A DNA stretch of 64,000 nucleotides from a bacterium (GTDB taxonomy: Bacteria > Krumholzibacteriota > Krumholzibacteriia > G020349025): contig JANLSU010000106.1 in the NCBI GenBank assembly GCA_031362565.1, forward strand, positions 63,031 to 127,030, in the 5' to 3' direction. The notes below the pieces were generated by a model. That model saw only the letters and a list, made by a program, of their open reading frames with translations, was not told the DNA's origin and did not search any database. Made by a program: the position numbers and the translations under genes. Below, piece by piece: positions 1-8,371 of this stretch. Each line of letters starts with the position of its first letter. Position 1 is the stretch's first letter.

Positions 1-1
1 T

Positions 2-244
2 GGCGATGTGCTCGTGGTGGCGCCAATGGAGCTGGCGGTGTTCAACGAACTTCTGGGAGTCCGGCTGCACGACGGCGAGGCGAAGACCATCGGCGGTTTC
101 GTGCTGAATCGATTGGGGCGCATTCCGCTCCGCGGTGAAACCTTGGAGACGCACGGCCTGCGACTGACCGTCGAGCAAGCGACTCCGAACCGTGTCATCC
201 AATTGCGGGTCAAAAAACTGCCGCCGGCACCGGAGCGGCGATGA
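2..244 (+). CDS. Hemolysin/CorC-HlyC family protein, C-terminal transporter-associated domain (5'-truncated)
   Basis: TIGGFVLNRLGRIPLRGE...LTVEQATPNRVIQLRV is typical of the CorC_HlyC domain; stop overlaps the next DUF21 gene. Confidence 0.8.
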   Translation, partial: GDVLVVAPMELAVFNELLGVRLHDGEAKTIGGFVLNRLGRIPLRGETLETHGLRLTVEQATPNRVIQLRVKKLPPAPERR

Positions 245-1230
245 CACTCTATCTAGCCGCCATCGCCACGCTCTTGTTGTTCTCGGCGCTGTTCTCGGCA
301 ACCGAGATCGCCGTCACCATGGCGAGCCGGGTGCGCTTGCGAACGCGCGCCGCCGGCGGCAGCCGGAGCGCGGCGCGTGCCGAGCGCTTGCTGTTGCATC
401 CGGAAAAAGCCATCGCCGCGTGCTTGGTCGGCAACACGCTCGTTCAATGTTCGATGGCGGCGCTTGGGCGTACGGCGCTCATGGAGGTGGGGGGATTCCA
501 CACCGCTGCCGCCGAAGGTTTGACGACGCTCGTCCTCGTTCCTCTCGTCCTCGTGTGCGGTGAAACGGTGCCGAAGGCGCTGGCCCATACCTATCCCAAC
601 CGCACGTTGACGCGCCTCGCCTTGCCGCTGCAAATCGTCCGCTGGGTCTTGTGGCCGCTCATCCAAGTCTCGTTCGCGATCGCCGGTCTGGTGCGGCGCT
701 TGGCCGGCCTGCGACCGGATCTGCGCGACGTGCTGTCGCGGGAAGAGTTGAAGCAGTTCGTGGCGCACAGCGAGAAACATGGCCACGTGGACCGGGACGA
801 GCGCCATCTCATCGGCCAGATCGTCGAATTTTGGCGGCGCGACCCGGTGCGTTTTGCGCGCCGGCTCGACGCGTTGCCGCATCTCTCGGTCGATGTCTTC
901 GCCGGCGCCGCCAAGGAGTTCATGCGCGAGAACCGGTTGGGGCGCCTGGTGGTGACCGATTCCGCCGGCGGCGATGTGGCGGGAGTGGTTATCGCGGCGG
1001 CGCTTCTCGACGCCCCAAACAGTGCCCGGCTGGGAGGGTACCTGCAACCCGTGGTGCGCCTCGCCGCCGGCCTGGGCGCCGACCGTGTACTGGCCGAACT
1101 GCAGCGCAGCCCGAGCCAGGTGGGGGTGCAGGCCGACGCCGCGCAATCCGGCCGGCTGGTCTACCTCTTGGATGACCTCCTGCAGCAGCTCTTGGGTGGA
1201 CCGGGGGTGCCGCGCCAGAAAAACGCTTGA
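241..1230 (+). CDS. CNNM/DUF21 membrane protein with degenerate CBS domains
   Basis: FSALFSATEIA, LVGNTL, GETVPK and SREEL motifs; N-terminal TM helices. Confidence 0.85.
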   Translation: MTLYLAAIATLLLFSALFSATEIAVTMASRVRLRTRAAGGSRSAARAERLLLHPEKAIAACLVGNTLVQCSMAALGRTALMEVGGFHTAAAEGLTTLVLVPLVLVCGETVPKALAHTYPNRTLTRLALPLQIVRWVLWPLIQVSFAIAGLVRRLAGLRPDLRDVLSREELKQFVAHSEKHGHVDRDERHLIGQIVEFWRRDPVRFARRLDALPHLSVDVFAGAAKEFMRENRLGRLVVTDSAGGDVAGVVIAAALLDAPNSARLGGYLQPVVRLAAGLGADRVLAELQRSPSQVGVQADAAQSGRLVYLLDDLLQQLLGGPGVPRQKNA

Positions 1231-1408
1231 TGCCACAGGGCCGGGGTCCCTACCGTGCCCTCCAGACGTGCGGGTCGAGAGCGCGCCGCGCCGGCGCGCA
1301 GGCTCTCTGCAACGTCGAGATTCACATCGTGGTGACGGCTGGTCCGTCACGCGGGCGCGGCGCAACTTTGGGGTGCCGCGCAGCATGTCGAAAGGAACGG
1401 TAGGCTGC

Positions 1409-4087
1409 ATGGGTACGGAACGCGCCGTGTATTTCTTCGGTGATGGCGTCGCCGAAGGCTCGGGTTCGATGCGGGAACTGTTGGGTGGCAAGGGCGCCGG
1501 GCTGGCCGAAATGACCAGCTTGGGATTGCCGGTTCCGCCCGGCTTCACGATCACCACCGTCGAATGCGTCCGCTTCTACAAAGAGGGACAAGTGATGCGG
1601 GCGGATCTGCAACGCGATGCATTGGCCGCCATGCAGCGCGTCGAAAAGATCGTCGGACGCCAGTTCGGCGACGCCAAGAATCCGCTGCTCGTTTCGGTGC
1701 GTTCCGGCGCCCGCGCTTCGATGCCCGGCATGATGGACACAATTTTGAATTTGGGTTTGAACGACACGACCGTGCGCGCCCTCGTCGAGCAGACGGGCAA
1801 CCCGCGTTTTGCCTGGGACAGCTACCGGCGCTTCGTGCAGATGTTCGGCGATGTCGTGCTTGGCGTCGACCGCGACGTTTTCGAACACTTGATGGACGGC
1901 GTCAAGCAGGAGCGCGGCGTGCGCCTCGACACGCAGCTCAACGCCCAAGATCTCGAGAAACTCACCAAACTGTACAAGGACAAGGTGCGGGAGCATACGG
2001 GCAAACCGTTTCCCGAAGACCCGCATGCGCAGTTGTGGGCGGCGATCACCGCGGTCTTCCAGTCGTGGTACAACGATCGCGCCTACTCGTACCGCCGCAT
2101 GAATCGCATCCCGCACGACTGGGGCACGGCCGCCAACGTGCAGGCGATGGTGTTCGGGAACCTGGGCGAGGATTCCGCGACCGGCGTGGCGTTCACGCGC
2201 GACCCCTCGACCGGCGAGAATCAATTCTACGGCGAGTATTTGACGAACGCCCAGGGTGAAGACGTGGTGGCCGGAATTCGCACTCCGCGCCCGTTGACGA
2301 TCGCGCAGAAGGAACCCGGCGACGATCTTGCCTCGCTCGAGGAAGAAATGCCGGAGATGTACCGGGCTCTGACCGACGTACGGACCAAACTCGAGGCACA
2401 CTACAAGGACATGCTCGACCTCGAATTCACCGTCGAGCGCGGCCGCCTCTGGATGTTGCAGACGCGGAGCGGCAAGCGGACGGGAGTCGCGGCCATCAAG
2501 ATCGCCACCGATCTCGTCCGCAGCAAGACCCTCGACGAGCGCCAGGCGCTCTTGCGCGTCGATCCGGATGTGCACCTCGATCAGCTGTTGCATCCCATGA
2601 TCGACAAGCGCGCCAAAGTGGAACCGCTTGCCAAGGGTCTGAATGCGTCGCCGGGGGCGGCATCGGGTGGCGCGGTGTTCACTGCCGAGGCGGCCGTCGC
2701 GGCGGCGAAAGCCGGCAAAAAAGTCGTGCTCGTACGCACCGAAACCAGCCCCGAAGACATCGAGGGCATGGCGGCCGCCAAAGCGATTCTGACCGCCCGG
2801 GGCGGGCGCACGTCGCACGCGGCGGTGGTGGCGCGCGGCATGGGCAAGGTGTGCGTCGCCGGCTGTGGCGCGATGCACGTCGACACGGCGGCGCGCACCG
2901 CGACCTTCGATACCAAGAAGGGCCCGGTCACGGTGCGGGAATTCGATCCGCTCACCGTCGACGGCACGAACGGTTACGTCTATTTCGGTGTTGTCCCGAC
3001 CGTGGATCCGGAATTGAGCAGCGACTACGAACTCTTCATGGGTTGGGCCGACAAGCACCGCACGCTCGGCGTCCGAACGAATGCCGACACGCCGCACGAC
3101 GCGACCGCGGCCCGCAAGTTCGGCGCCGAGGGCATCGGGCTGTGCCGCACCGAACACATGTTCTTCGGCGAGGATCGCTTGCCTTGGGTGCGCAAGATGA
3201 TCTTGGCGACGAACGAAGTCGAGCGGCGGGCCGCACTCGAGCGCCTGAAACCGATGCAGCGCGAGGATTTCGTCGGCATTTTCACCGCGATGAGCGGCTT
3301 GCCGGTGACCATCCGGCTGCTCGATCCGCCGCTGCACGAATTCGTGCCGCACACCGAAAAGGAAGCCGCCGAACTGGCGCGCGAGATCGGCATGCAGCCG
3401 GCCGAGGTCTGGCGGCGGTGCCAAGCGCTCGCCGAATCGAATCCGATGTTGGGGCACCGCGGTTGCCGCCTTGGGATCACCTATCCCGAGATCTATGAAA
3501 TGCAGGCCATGGCCATCTTCGAAGCCGCGGTCGAAGTCAAGAAACGCGGCTCGAAACCGGTGCCGGAGATCATGTTGCCGCTCATCGGCACGGTGGAGGA
3601 GTACCGGCGCCTGAAAACGCTCGTCTTGCAAGCCGCCGACCACGTGCTCGGCGCCGATCGCGATTCGATTCCGTTCCTCATCGGCACGATGATCGAGGTG
3701 CCGCGCGCCTGCGTCGTGGCGGATCGCATTGCCGAGGAAGCACAGTTCTTCAGCTTTGGCACCAACGACCTGACCCAGCTGACCTTCGGCTACAGCCGCG
3801 ACGATGCCGGTACGTTCTTGCCGGCATACATCGAGCAGGGAGTTCTGCCACGCGATCCGTTCCAGAGTCTGGACGTCGAGGGCGTGGGCGCCCTCATTCA
3901 GATGGGTACCGAGCGCGGGCGGGCGACGACCGCGGATCTCAAGGTCGGGATTTGCGGCGAGCACGGTGGCGATCCAACCTCCGTCGGGTTCTGTCACAAG
4001 GTGGGTATGAATTACGTGAGCTGTTCACCGTACCGAGTTCCAGTGGCGCGACTTGCGGCGGCACAAGCGGCGGTGCGTGGGGCGTGA
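1409..4087 (+). CDS. ppdK: Pyruvate, phosphate dikinase
   Basis: LLGGKGAGLAEM, SVRSGARASMPGMMDT, GGRTSHAAVVARG (phospho-His), GIGLCRTEHMF, FSFGTNDLTQ, GICGEHGGDP; start placed at ATG 1409 (1385 is an alternative). Confidence 0.97.
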   Translation: MGTERAVYFFGDGVAEGSGSMRELLGGKGAGLAEMTSLGLPVPPGFTITTVECVRFYKEGQVMRADLQRDALAAMQRVEKIVGRQFGDAKNPLLVSVRSGARASMPGMMDTILNLGLNDTTVRALVEQTGNPRFAWDSYRRFVQMFGDVVLGVDRDVFEHLMDGVKQERGVRLDTQLNAQDLEKLTKLYKDKVREHTGKPFPEDPHAQLWAAITAVFQSWYNDRAYSYRRMNRIPHDWGTAANVQAMVFGNLGEDSATGVAFTRDPSTGENQFYGEYLTNAQGEDVVAGIRTPRPLTIAQKEPGDDLASLEEEMPEMYRALTDVRTKLEAHYKDMLDLEFTVERGRLWMLQTRSGKRTGVAAIKIATDLVRSKTLDERQALLRVDPDVHLDQLLHPMIDKRAKVEPLAKGLNASPGAASGGAVFTAEAAVAAAKAGKKVVLVRTETSPEDIEGMAAAKAILTARGGRTSHAAVVARGMGKVCVAGCGAMHVDTAARTATFDTKKGPVTVREFDPLTVDGTNGYVYFGVVPTVDPELSSDYELFMGWADKHRTLGVRTNADTPHDATAARKFGAEGIGLCRTEHMFFGEDRLPWVRKMILATNEVERRAALERLKPMQREDFVGIFTAMSGLPVTIRLLDPPLHEFVPHTEKEAAELAREIGMQPAEVWRRCQALAESNPMLGHRGCRLGITYPEIYEMQAMAIFEAAVEVKKRGSKPVPEIMLPLIGTVEEYRRLKTLVLQAADHVLGADRDSIPFLIGTMIEVPRACVVADRIAEEAQFFSFGTNDLTQLTFGYSRDDAGTFLPAYIEQGVLPRDPFQSLDVEGVGALIQMGTERGRATTADLKVGICGEHGGDPTSVGFCHKVGMNYVSCSPYRVPVARLAAAQAAVRGA

Positions 4088-4617
4088 CCCGGCGACCGCC
4101 ATTCGATCTGCAAGGCGAGCTGCGCAGCTTTCCGGCGCCGCTTGTTTTTCAAATGCTGGCGCTCGGGGGTCTCGACGGGCGCCTGACTCTGCGTGGCCCG
4201 AACGCGACATTCGACGCTTATTTTCAACGCGGCAAGTTGGTCTTCGCACGCGGCCCCGGACAAACGGCGACCGTCGGCGAGGAACTCGTGGCGCAGGGCC
4301 TCGTCGGACCCGAGCCGGTCGAGGAAGCGGCACGCGAGCGCTTGCGGCGGCGCACCGGACCGCGGATCGGCACCATCTTGGTGGATCGCGGCCTCATTCA
4401 GCGCCCGGATCTGGAGCGGGTCATTCGCGCCCGGATCAAGGATGCAATCTATGCCGTCGTCGACTGGCGCGACGGTAAATTCACTTTCGAGTCCGGCGCC
4501 GAGCCGCGCGACGAGGACATCTTGCTCGATGTGGGACTCGAGTCGCTGCTCTTGGAATGCATGGCGCGGCTCGACGATGCGAAACGCGGCGCGGCGCCGG
4601 ACGAGGGTCATGCCTGA
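4084..4617 (+). CDS. DUF4388 (PATAN-like) domain protein with MshEN-like motif
   Basis: LQGELRSF...LVFQML...GRLTL...YFQRGKLVFA; RIGTILVDRGLI; WRDGKFTFE; GTGA overlap with the ppdK stop. Confidence 0.75.
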   Translation: MTRRPPFDLQGELRSFPAPLVFQMLALGGLDGRLTLRGPNATFDAYFQRGKLVFARGPGQTATVGEELVAQGLVGPEPVEEAARERLRRRTGPRIGTILVDRGLIQRPDLERVIRARIKDAIYAVVDWRDGKFTFESGAEPRDEDILLDVGLESLLLECMARLDDAKRGAAPDEGHA

Positions 4618-5911
4618 GGACCCGTGGCGCGTCTATGCCGGCGTTGTGGTCGCGTTCCTTGGGTTTCTGGCGCCGTGCGTTCAGGCACAGTCTGCCGCCG
4701 ATCTCACGCCACGTCTTCACATCGATGGCCGGACGCACGACTACCGCACCGTCGAAGCCTGCTTCCGCAACGCCGCCGTGTGCGCCCAACTCGTGCCGCG
4801 GCCGGTGTGCGGCCCGGACGAGGAACGCGACGACGATTCGCGCTCGAACCGGTTCCAGGATGTGCGGCAGATCTACGTCACCTGGGATGCACACGCGCTC
4901 TATGTGGCGGTCGATGCGACGATCGAGAACGCGGCACTGATCGTTCTCTTGGATGTGCGGCCCGGCGGGTTGACGGGGCTCGGCAATTTGCCGGCGTGGC
5001 GCCACGCGGTGCGTTGCACGGAAGTCCTGCGCCCCGACCTCTTCCTGGCGGTCGGGGATCGTGGCCGGGAAGTCGAAGCCTGGCGCGCGCGCGGCGATGC
5101 CGCGATCGAACGCATCGCGAGCGCCGATTTCACGGCGCGCGCCACCTTCGATGGCGACGCGGCCGATCGCAGCCTCGAAGCGGCACTGCCGTGGACCCTG
5201 TTGTTCCCCGAAACCGCAACCGCCGTCGACACCGAGCCCGGCGCGCCGGCCGAACCGATCTTCGTGCTGCCGCCCGAATCGAGCCGCGCCGGCCTGCGCA
5301 TCGCGGCGCTCGTCGTCGGCACGAGCGATGGCTTCGGGGCGCGCGACGTAGCACCCGATCCGCTCGGTGGCGTACCGCTCGATGCCCGTGACGTGAGCGA
5401 CATCGACCGCGCCGTTCAGGTGGCTTGGGATGAACACACCCTGGGGGCGCCGCCGCAGTTCGTCGATTTCGGTGCGGCGGTGCAGACCCAATCGGCACCG
5501 CGGTTGTTGCCTTCGGGGCCGACGGTCGTGCCCGCCGCGCTCGGCGTTCAAGGTTTGCGCACCTACGCCGGGAGCCGCGTTTCGCGCCTGCTCTTGGCGG
5601 ATGCCGGGCTCGATCTGGCGTTTGCGTTCGATGTCGCGCTGCCGTATCCCGAAGTGCTCTTCTTGAGTGCGGCGATCTTCTCGGCGCGCGGCGAGCGCGT
5701 CATCGACCTGGCGCGCGACGTGCGCCGCACCCGCGGCACGCCGGTGGCGCCGTTCGGCGCGTTCAGTGACCCGTTGGCAGACCGCTGGGATGGACGCGAC
5801 CGGCTCGGGCGGCCGGTGCCCGCCGGCACGTATGTGCTGCAAGTGCGCACCACACTCGCCCCCGGCGGCACTACCACCGAGTCGGCACACTCGATCACGG
5901 TGGTGCGGTGA
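4610..5911 (+). CDS. Secreted protein, DOMON/CBM9-like N-terminal domain and FlgD Ig-like C-terminal domain
   Basis: Signal peptide ending VQA; HIDG...IYVTWDAHALYVAVD...LEAALPW; C-terminal IFSARGERV...WDGRDRLGRPVPAGTYVL...ITVVR. Confidence 0.65.
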   Translation: MPEDPWRVYAGVVVAFLGFLAPCVQAQSAADLTPRLHIDGRTHDYRTVEACFRNAAVCAQLVPRPVCGPDEERDDDSRSNRFQDVRQIYVTWDAHALYVAVDATIENAALIVLLDVRPGGLTGLGNLPAWRHAVRCTEVLRPDLFLAVGDRGREVEAWRARGDAAIERIASADFTARATFDGDAADRSLEAALPWTLLFPETATAVDTEPGAPAEPIFVLPPESSRAGLRIAALVVGTSDGFGARDVAPDPLGGVPLDARDVSDIDRAVQVAWDEHTLGAPPQFVDFGAAVQTQSAPRLLPSGPTVVPAALGVQGLRTYAGSRVSRLLLADAGLDLAFAFDVALPYPEVLFLSAAIFSARGERVIDLARDVRRTRGTPVAPFGAFSDPLADRWDGRDRLGRPVPAGTYVLQVRTTLAPGGTTTESAHSITVVR

Positions 5912-6819
5912 TGCGCGCCCGAGGTTGGATTGTGGGCGCAATCCTCGGGCTCGCAGCGCAGCCTGCGGCCGCGTGGTTTGAAACCGGCGAGGTCGGCGGA
6001 CGCGCTGCCGGCGTCGGCGACGCATTCGTCTCGGTTGCGGACGACGCGTCGGCGGTCTACTGGAACCCCGCCGGGTTGGTGCAATTGCCGCGTCACGAAG
6101 GGCTCTTGGCGACCGACCGCGCCGCGGCGCTCGACGGGATGGCGACGGATTTCGCCGCGGTCTCGGTGCATGCGCCCGGCCTCACGTTCGGCGTCGGATG
6201 GCGGCACCAAGGCCAGGAGGACGCGGCGCGCGAAGATGCCCTGTTGATTTCGACGGCGCACACGTTCGTGCGCCGGAGTCTCGGCGCGTTCATTGCCGGC
6301 GGCGCAACCCTCGAACTGCTGCGCGTCGGACTCGACACCAGCGGTTTCGAATCGGTGCCCGGATTGCGCGACTCGGACTACGGGGCGGCCGCGACGCTCG
6401 GCTTGCTCCTGCAGCCGATTCCGAATGTCACCGCGGGAGCGGTGATGCGGCATCTCGGGCAACCGACGTTCGACCTCATCGAAGGCGGAACCCGTACCCG
6501 GCTCGACGCCGAGGTCGAGTGGGGCGTGTCGCTGCGCTGGCGAGAGGATGCGCGCGTGCATGTCTCGCACCTCCACACGTCCGGCGGCCGGACTGCGACG
6601 CGGGTCGGCGCCGAATTGCGGGTCGGCGGCGCACTCCGCGTCCGCGCCGGCGCGGCGAGCGATGCCGTCGGCGGTGGCATCGGTGTAGCGCTGGGTGCAT
6701 GGGAGCTCGATTGGGCGTACCGCGTCCACGACGCGCTCGGCGCCACGGCACGGGTTGGACTGCGGCGTGGGTTCGGCCATGTGCGCGACGCGGTGGGGAC
6801 GACCTATGACGATTTCTGA
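5911..6819 (+). CDS. PorV/PorP-like outer-membrane beta-barrel protein
   Basis: Signal peptide; GGRAAGVGDAFVSVADDASAVYWNPAGL (FadL/PorV-type N-terminal motif); LDWAY..HDALG C-terminal strands. Confidence 0.7.
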   Translation: MRARGWIVGAILGLAAQPAAAWFETGEVGGRAAGVGDAFVSVADDASAVYWNPAGLVQLPRHEGLLATDRAAALDGMATDFAAVSVHAPGLTFGVGWRHQGQEDAAREDALLISTAHTFVRRSLGAFIAGGATLELLRVGLDTSGFESVPGLRDSDYGAAATLGLLLQPIPNVTAGAVMRHLGQPTFDLIEGGTRTRLDAEVEWGVSLRWREDARVHVSHLHTSGGRTATRVGAELRVGGALRVRAGAASDAVGGGIGVALGAWELDWAYRVHDALGATARVGLRRGFGHVRDAVGTTYDDF

Positions 6820-8371
6820 CCGGCGCGGGGCGCGGCGCGTTTCTGCAACCTGCACCGCCGGATGGGTGGGAGTTCTTGTCGCTTGGAATGCGGTCGCGGT
6901 CGACGCTACGGAAACGCGCTGGGGCGGCGTCTTGGGAGTCGGCCTCGCCGCGACGCGCGAGCCGGGTGCGTTTCGCTGGGACTTCGATTCGACGCGCGAT
7001 GCAGCACTCGCGGTGTTGCGGATGGGCGCGACGGCCGAGCACTTGCGCGGCTTCGCATCGTTCGCCGCGACGCAGGGCGTCGCCAGTGACGCCGATGCAC
7101 CGGAGTTTCGCATTCGAGAAGCGGCGCTGGCGGCTGCCTGGCATGCCGCGGCGGATAGCGCCGGGCTCGTCCTCTTCGCGCACCAGCCGGGGCGCGTCTG
7201 GCTCGATCTGCCGCTCTCGGCACCGGTCGATGCAGGGCGCATCGGTGGCGGCGCCATCACCGGCGTGCGCGGTGACGCGGCGTGGCAGCACTGGACCGCA
7301 ACCGTGCTCGCCTTGCGCGGGTCGGCGTCCGCGTCCCGCGACAGCGCCGACGATGCGCCGCGTGCTTGGGTCGCACGGCTGCGCCACGATTTCGGAATGC
7401 CCGGCGCGGCCCGCCTTGGTGTGACCTGGAGCCGCGATCTGCCGTCGGCGCGTCAAATCGATTCGGGCGCCGGCGACGTCCTGACTTTCGACGCGCGAGC
7501 GCACGCCGCCGGCATCGTTGCGAGCGCCGAGTACGCGGCATCGTGGCGCGACGGGAACCAATTGGGTTTGTCGGTCGCACGTGCCGCCGCTGCCGGCACA
7601 CACGTCGCGACGCCGGGGCCGTGGACGAACGCGCTGCCGGAGCGCGCCGCATTGCGCCTCGAGCTGCGCGCCGCGGCTTTGCCGGTGGGTCCGTTCGGCA
7701 CGCTTGGACTCGCGCCCGCCTATCGCGCCGTCGGCACGCGGCATTTCGATCGGCTCGCGGTGCAGGAACGCGACCTGGATGCGACGGCGCGCGGCTTCGA
7801 AGGGCCACACGTCGAAGCCTGGTTCGTGCCGCGCGCCTGGCCGGCTTGGGTGCGGCAGGTGTACGAGCGCCGGCGCGAGTTCACCGGCGCCGACCGGCGG
7901 ACTTGGCTGCAAGCGACCGAGGTGCAGGCGTGGCTCACCGATCGCATGCGCTCGCGCGCCTTCTACGTGCAGCGCGATCTCTGCACCTTCGATGTGCCGG
8001 AGCACGCCCACCAAGATGATTTGGTCGGCGAGATCGTCGCCGAGGATGGCGCGGCGCGGGTTCGCGTCCAGGGCGGATGGATCGATCTGAATGCGCCTGG
8101 GGAACGCAGCGTCATCATGTTGGAGACGACGGCCCGGATCGCCGGGCGCGTGCAACTGGTGTCGCGTCTCGCGGGTGCGTCGCGCGGTTCCGGGGCGCGG
8201 CGCAGCGCCTACATGGGGCTGCAATACTGGCACCTGCCGGAATTCGAACTGGGGCTCGACTACGGTTCCACGCTCGAAGGCGCGGTGTCGGAACCGGCGC
8301 TCGACGCCGATTTCTCTGTCGTCGGCACGCAACTCGACCGCATACGGTTGCATTTTCGGGGGTGGTTTTGA
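6806..8371 (+). CDS. Hypothetical outer-membrane beta-barrel protein
   Basis: Amphipathic strands; C-terminal RLHFRGWF beta-signal; overlaps both neighbours. Confidence 0.55.
   Translation: MTISDRRGARRVSATCTAGWVGVLVAWNAVAVDATETRWGGVLGVGLAATREPGAFRWDFDSTRDAALAVLRMGATAEHLRGFASFAATQGVASDADAPEFRIREAALAAAWHAAADSAGLVLFAHQPGRVWLDLPLSAPVDAGRIGGGAITGVRGDAAWQHWTATVLALRGSASASRDSADDAPRAWVARLRHDFGMPGAARLGVTWSRDLPSARQIDSGAGDVLTFDARAHAAGIVASAEYAASWRDGNQLGLSVARAAAAGTHVATPGPWTNALPERAALRLELRAAALPVGPFGTLGLAPAYRAVGTRHFDRLAVQERDLDATARGFEGPHVEAWFVPRAWPAWVRQVYERRREFTGADRRTWLQATEVQAWLTDRMRSRAFYVQRDLCTFDVPEHAHQDDLVGEIVAEDGAARVRVQGGWIDLNAPGERSVIMLETTARIAGRVQLVSRLAGASRGSGARRSAYMGLQYWHLPEFELGLDYGSTLEGAVSEPALDADFSVVGTQLDRIRLHFRGWF

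Noticed and set aside
974..1408. 145-aa N-terminal extension of PpdK in the ORF track
   Set aside because: It overlaps the DUF21 gene and is low-complexity; PpdK similarity begins at about 1409
1322..3997. 891-aa minus-strand ORF
   Set aside because: Antisense shadow of ppdK caused by GC-rich codon bias; no motifs
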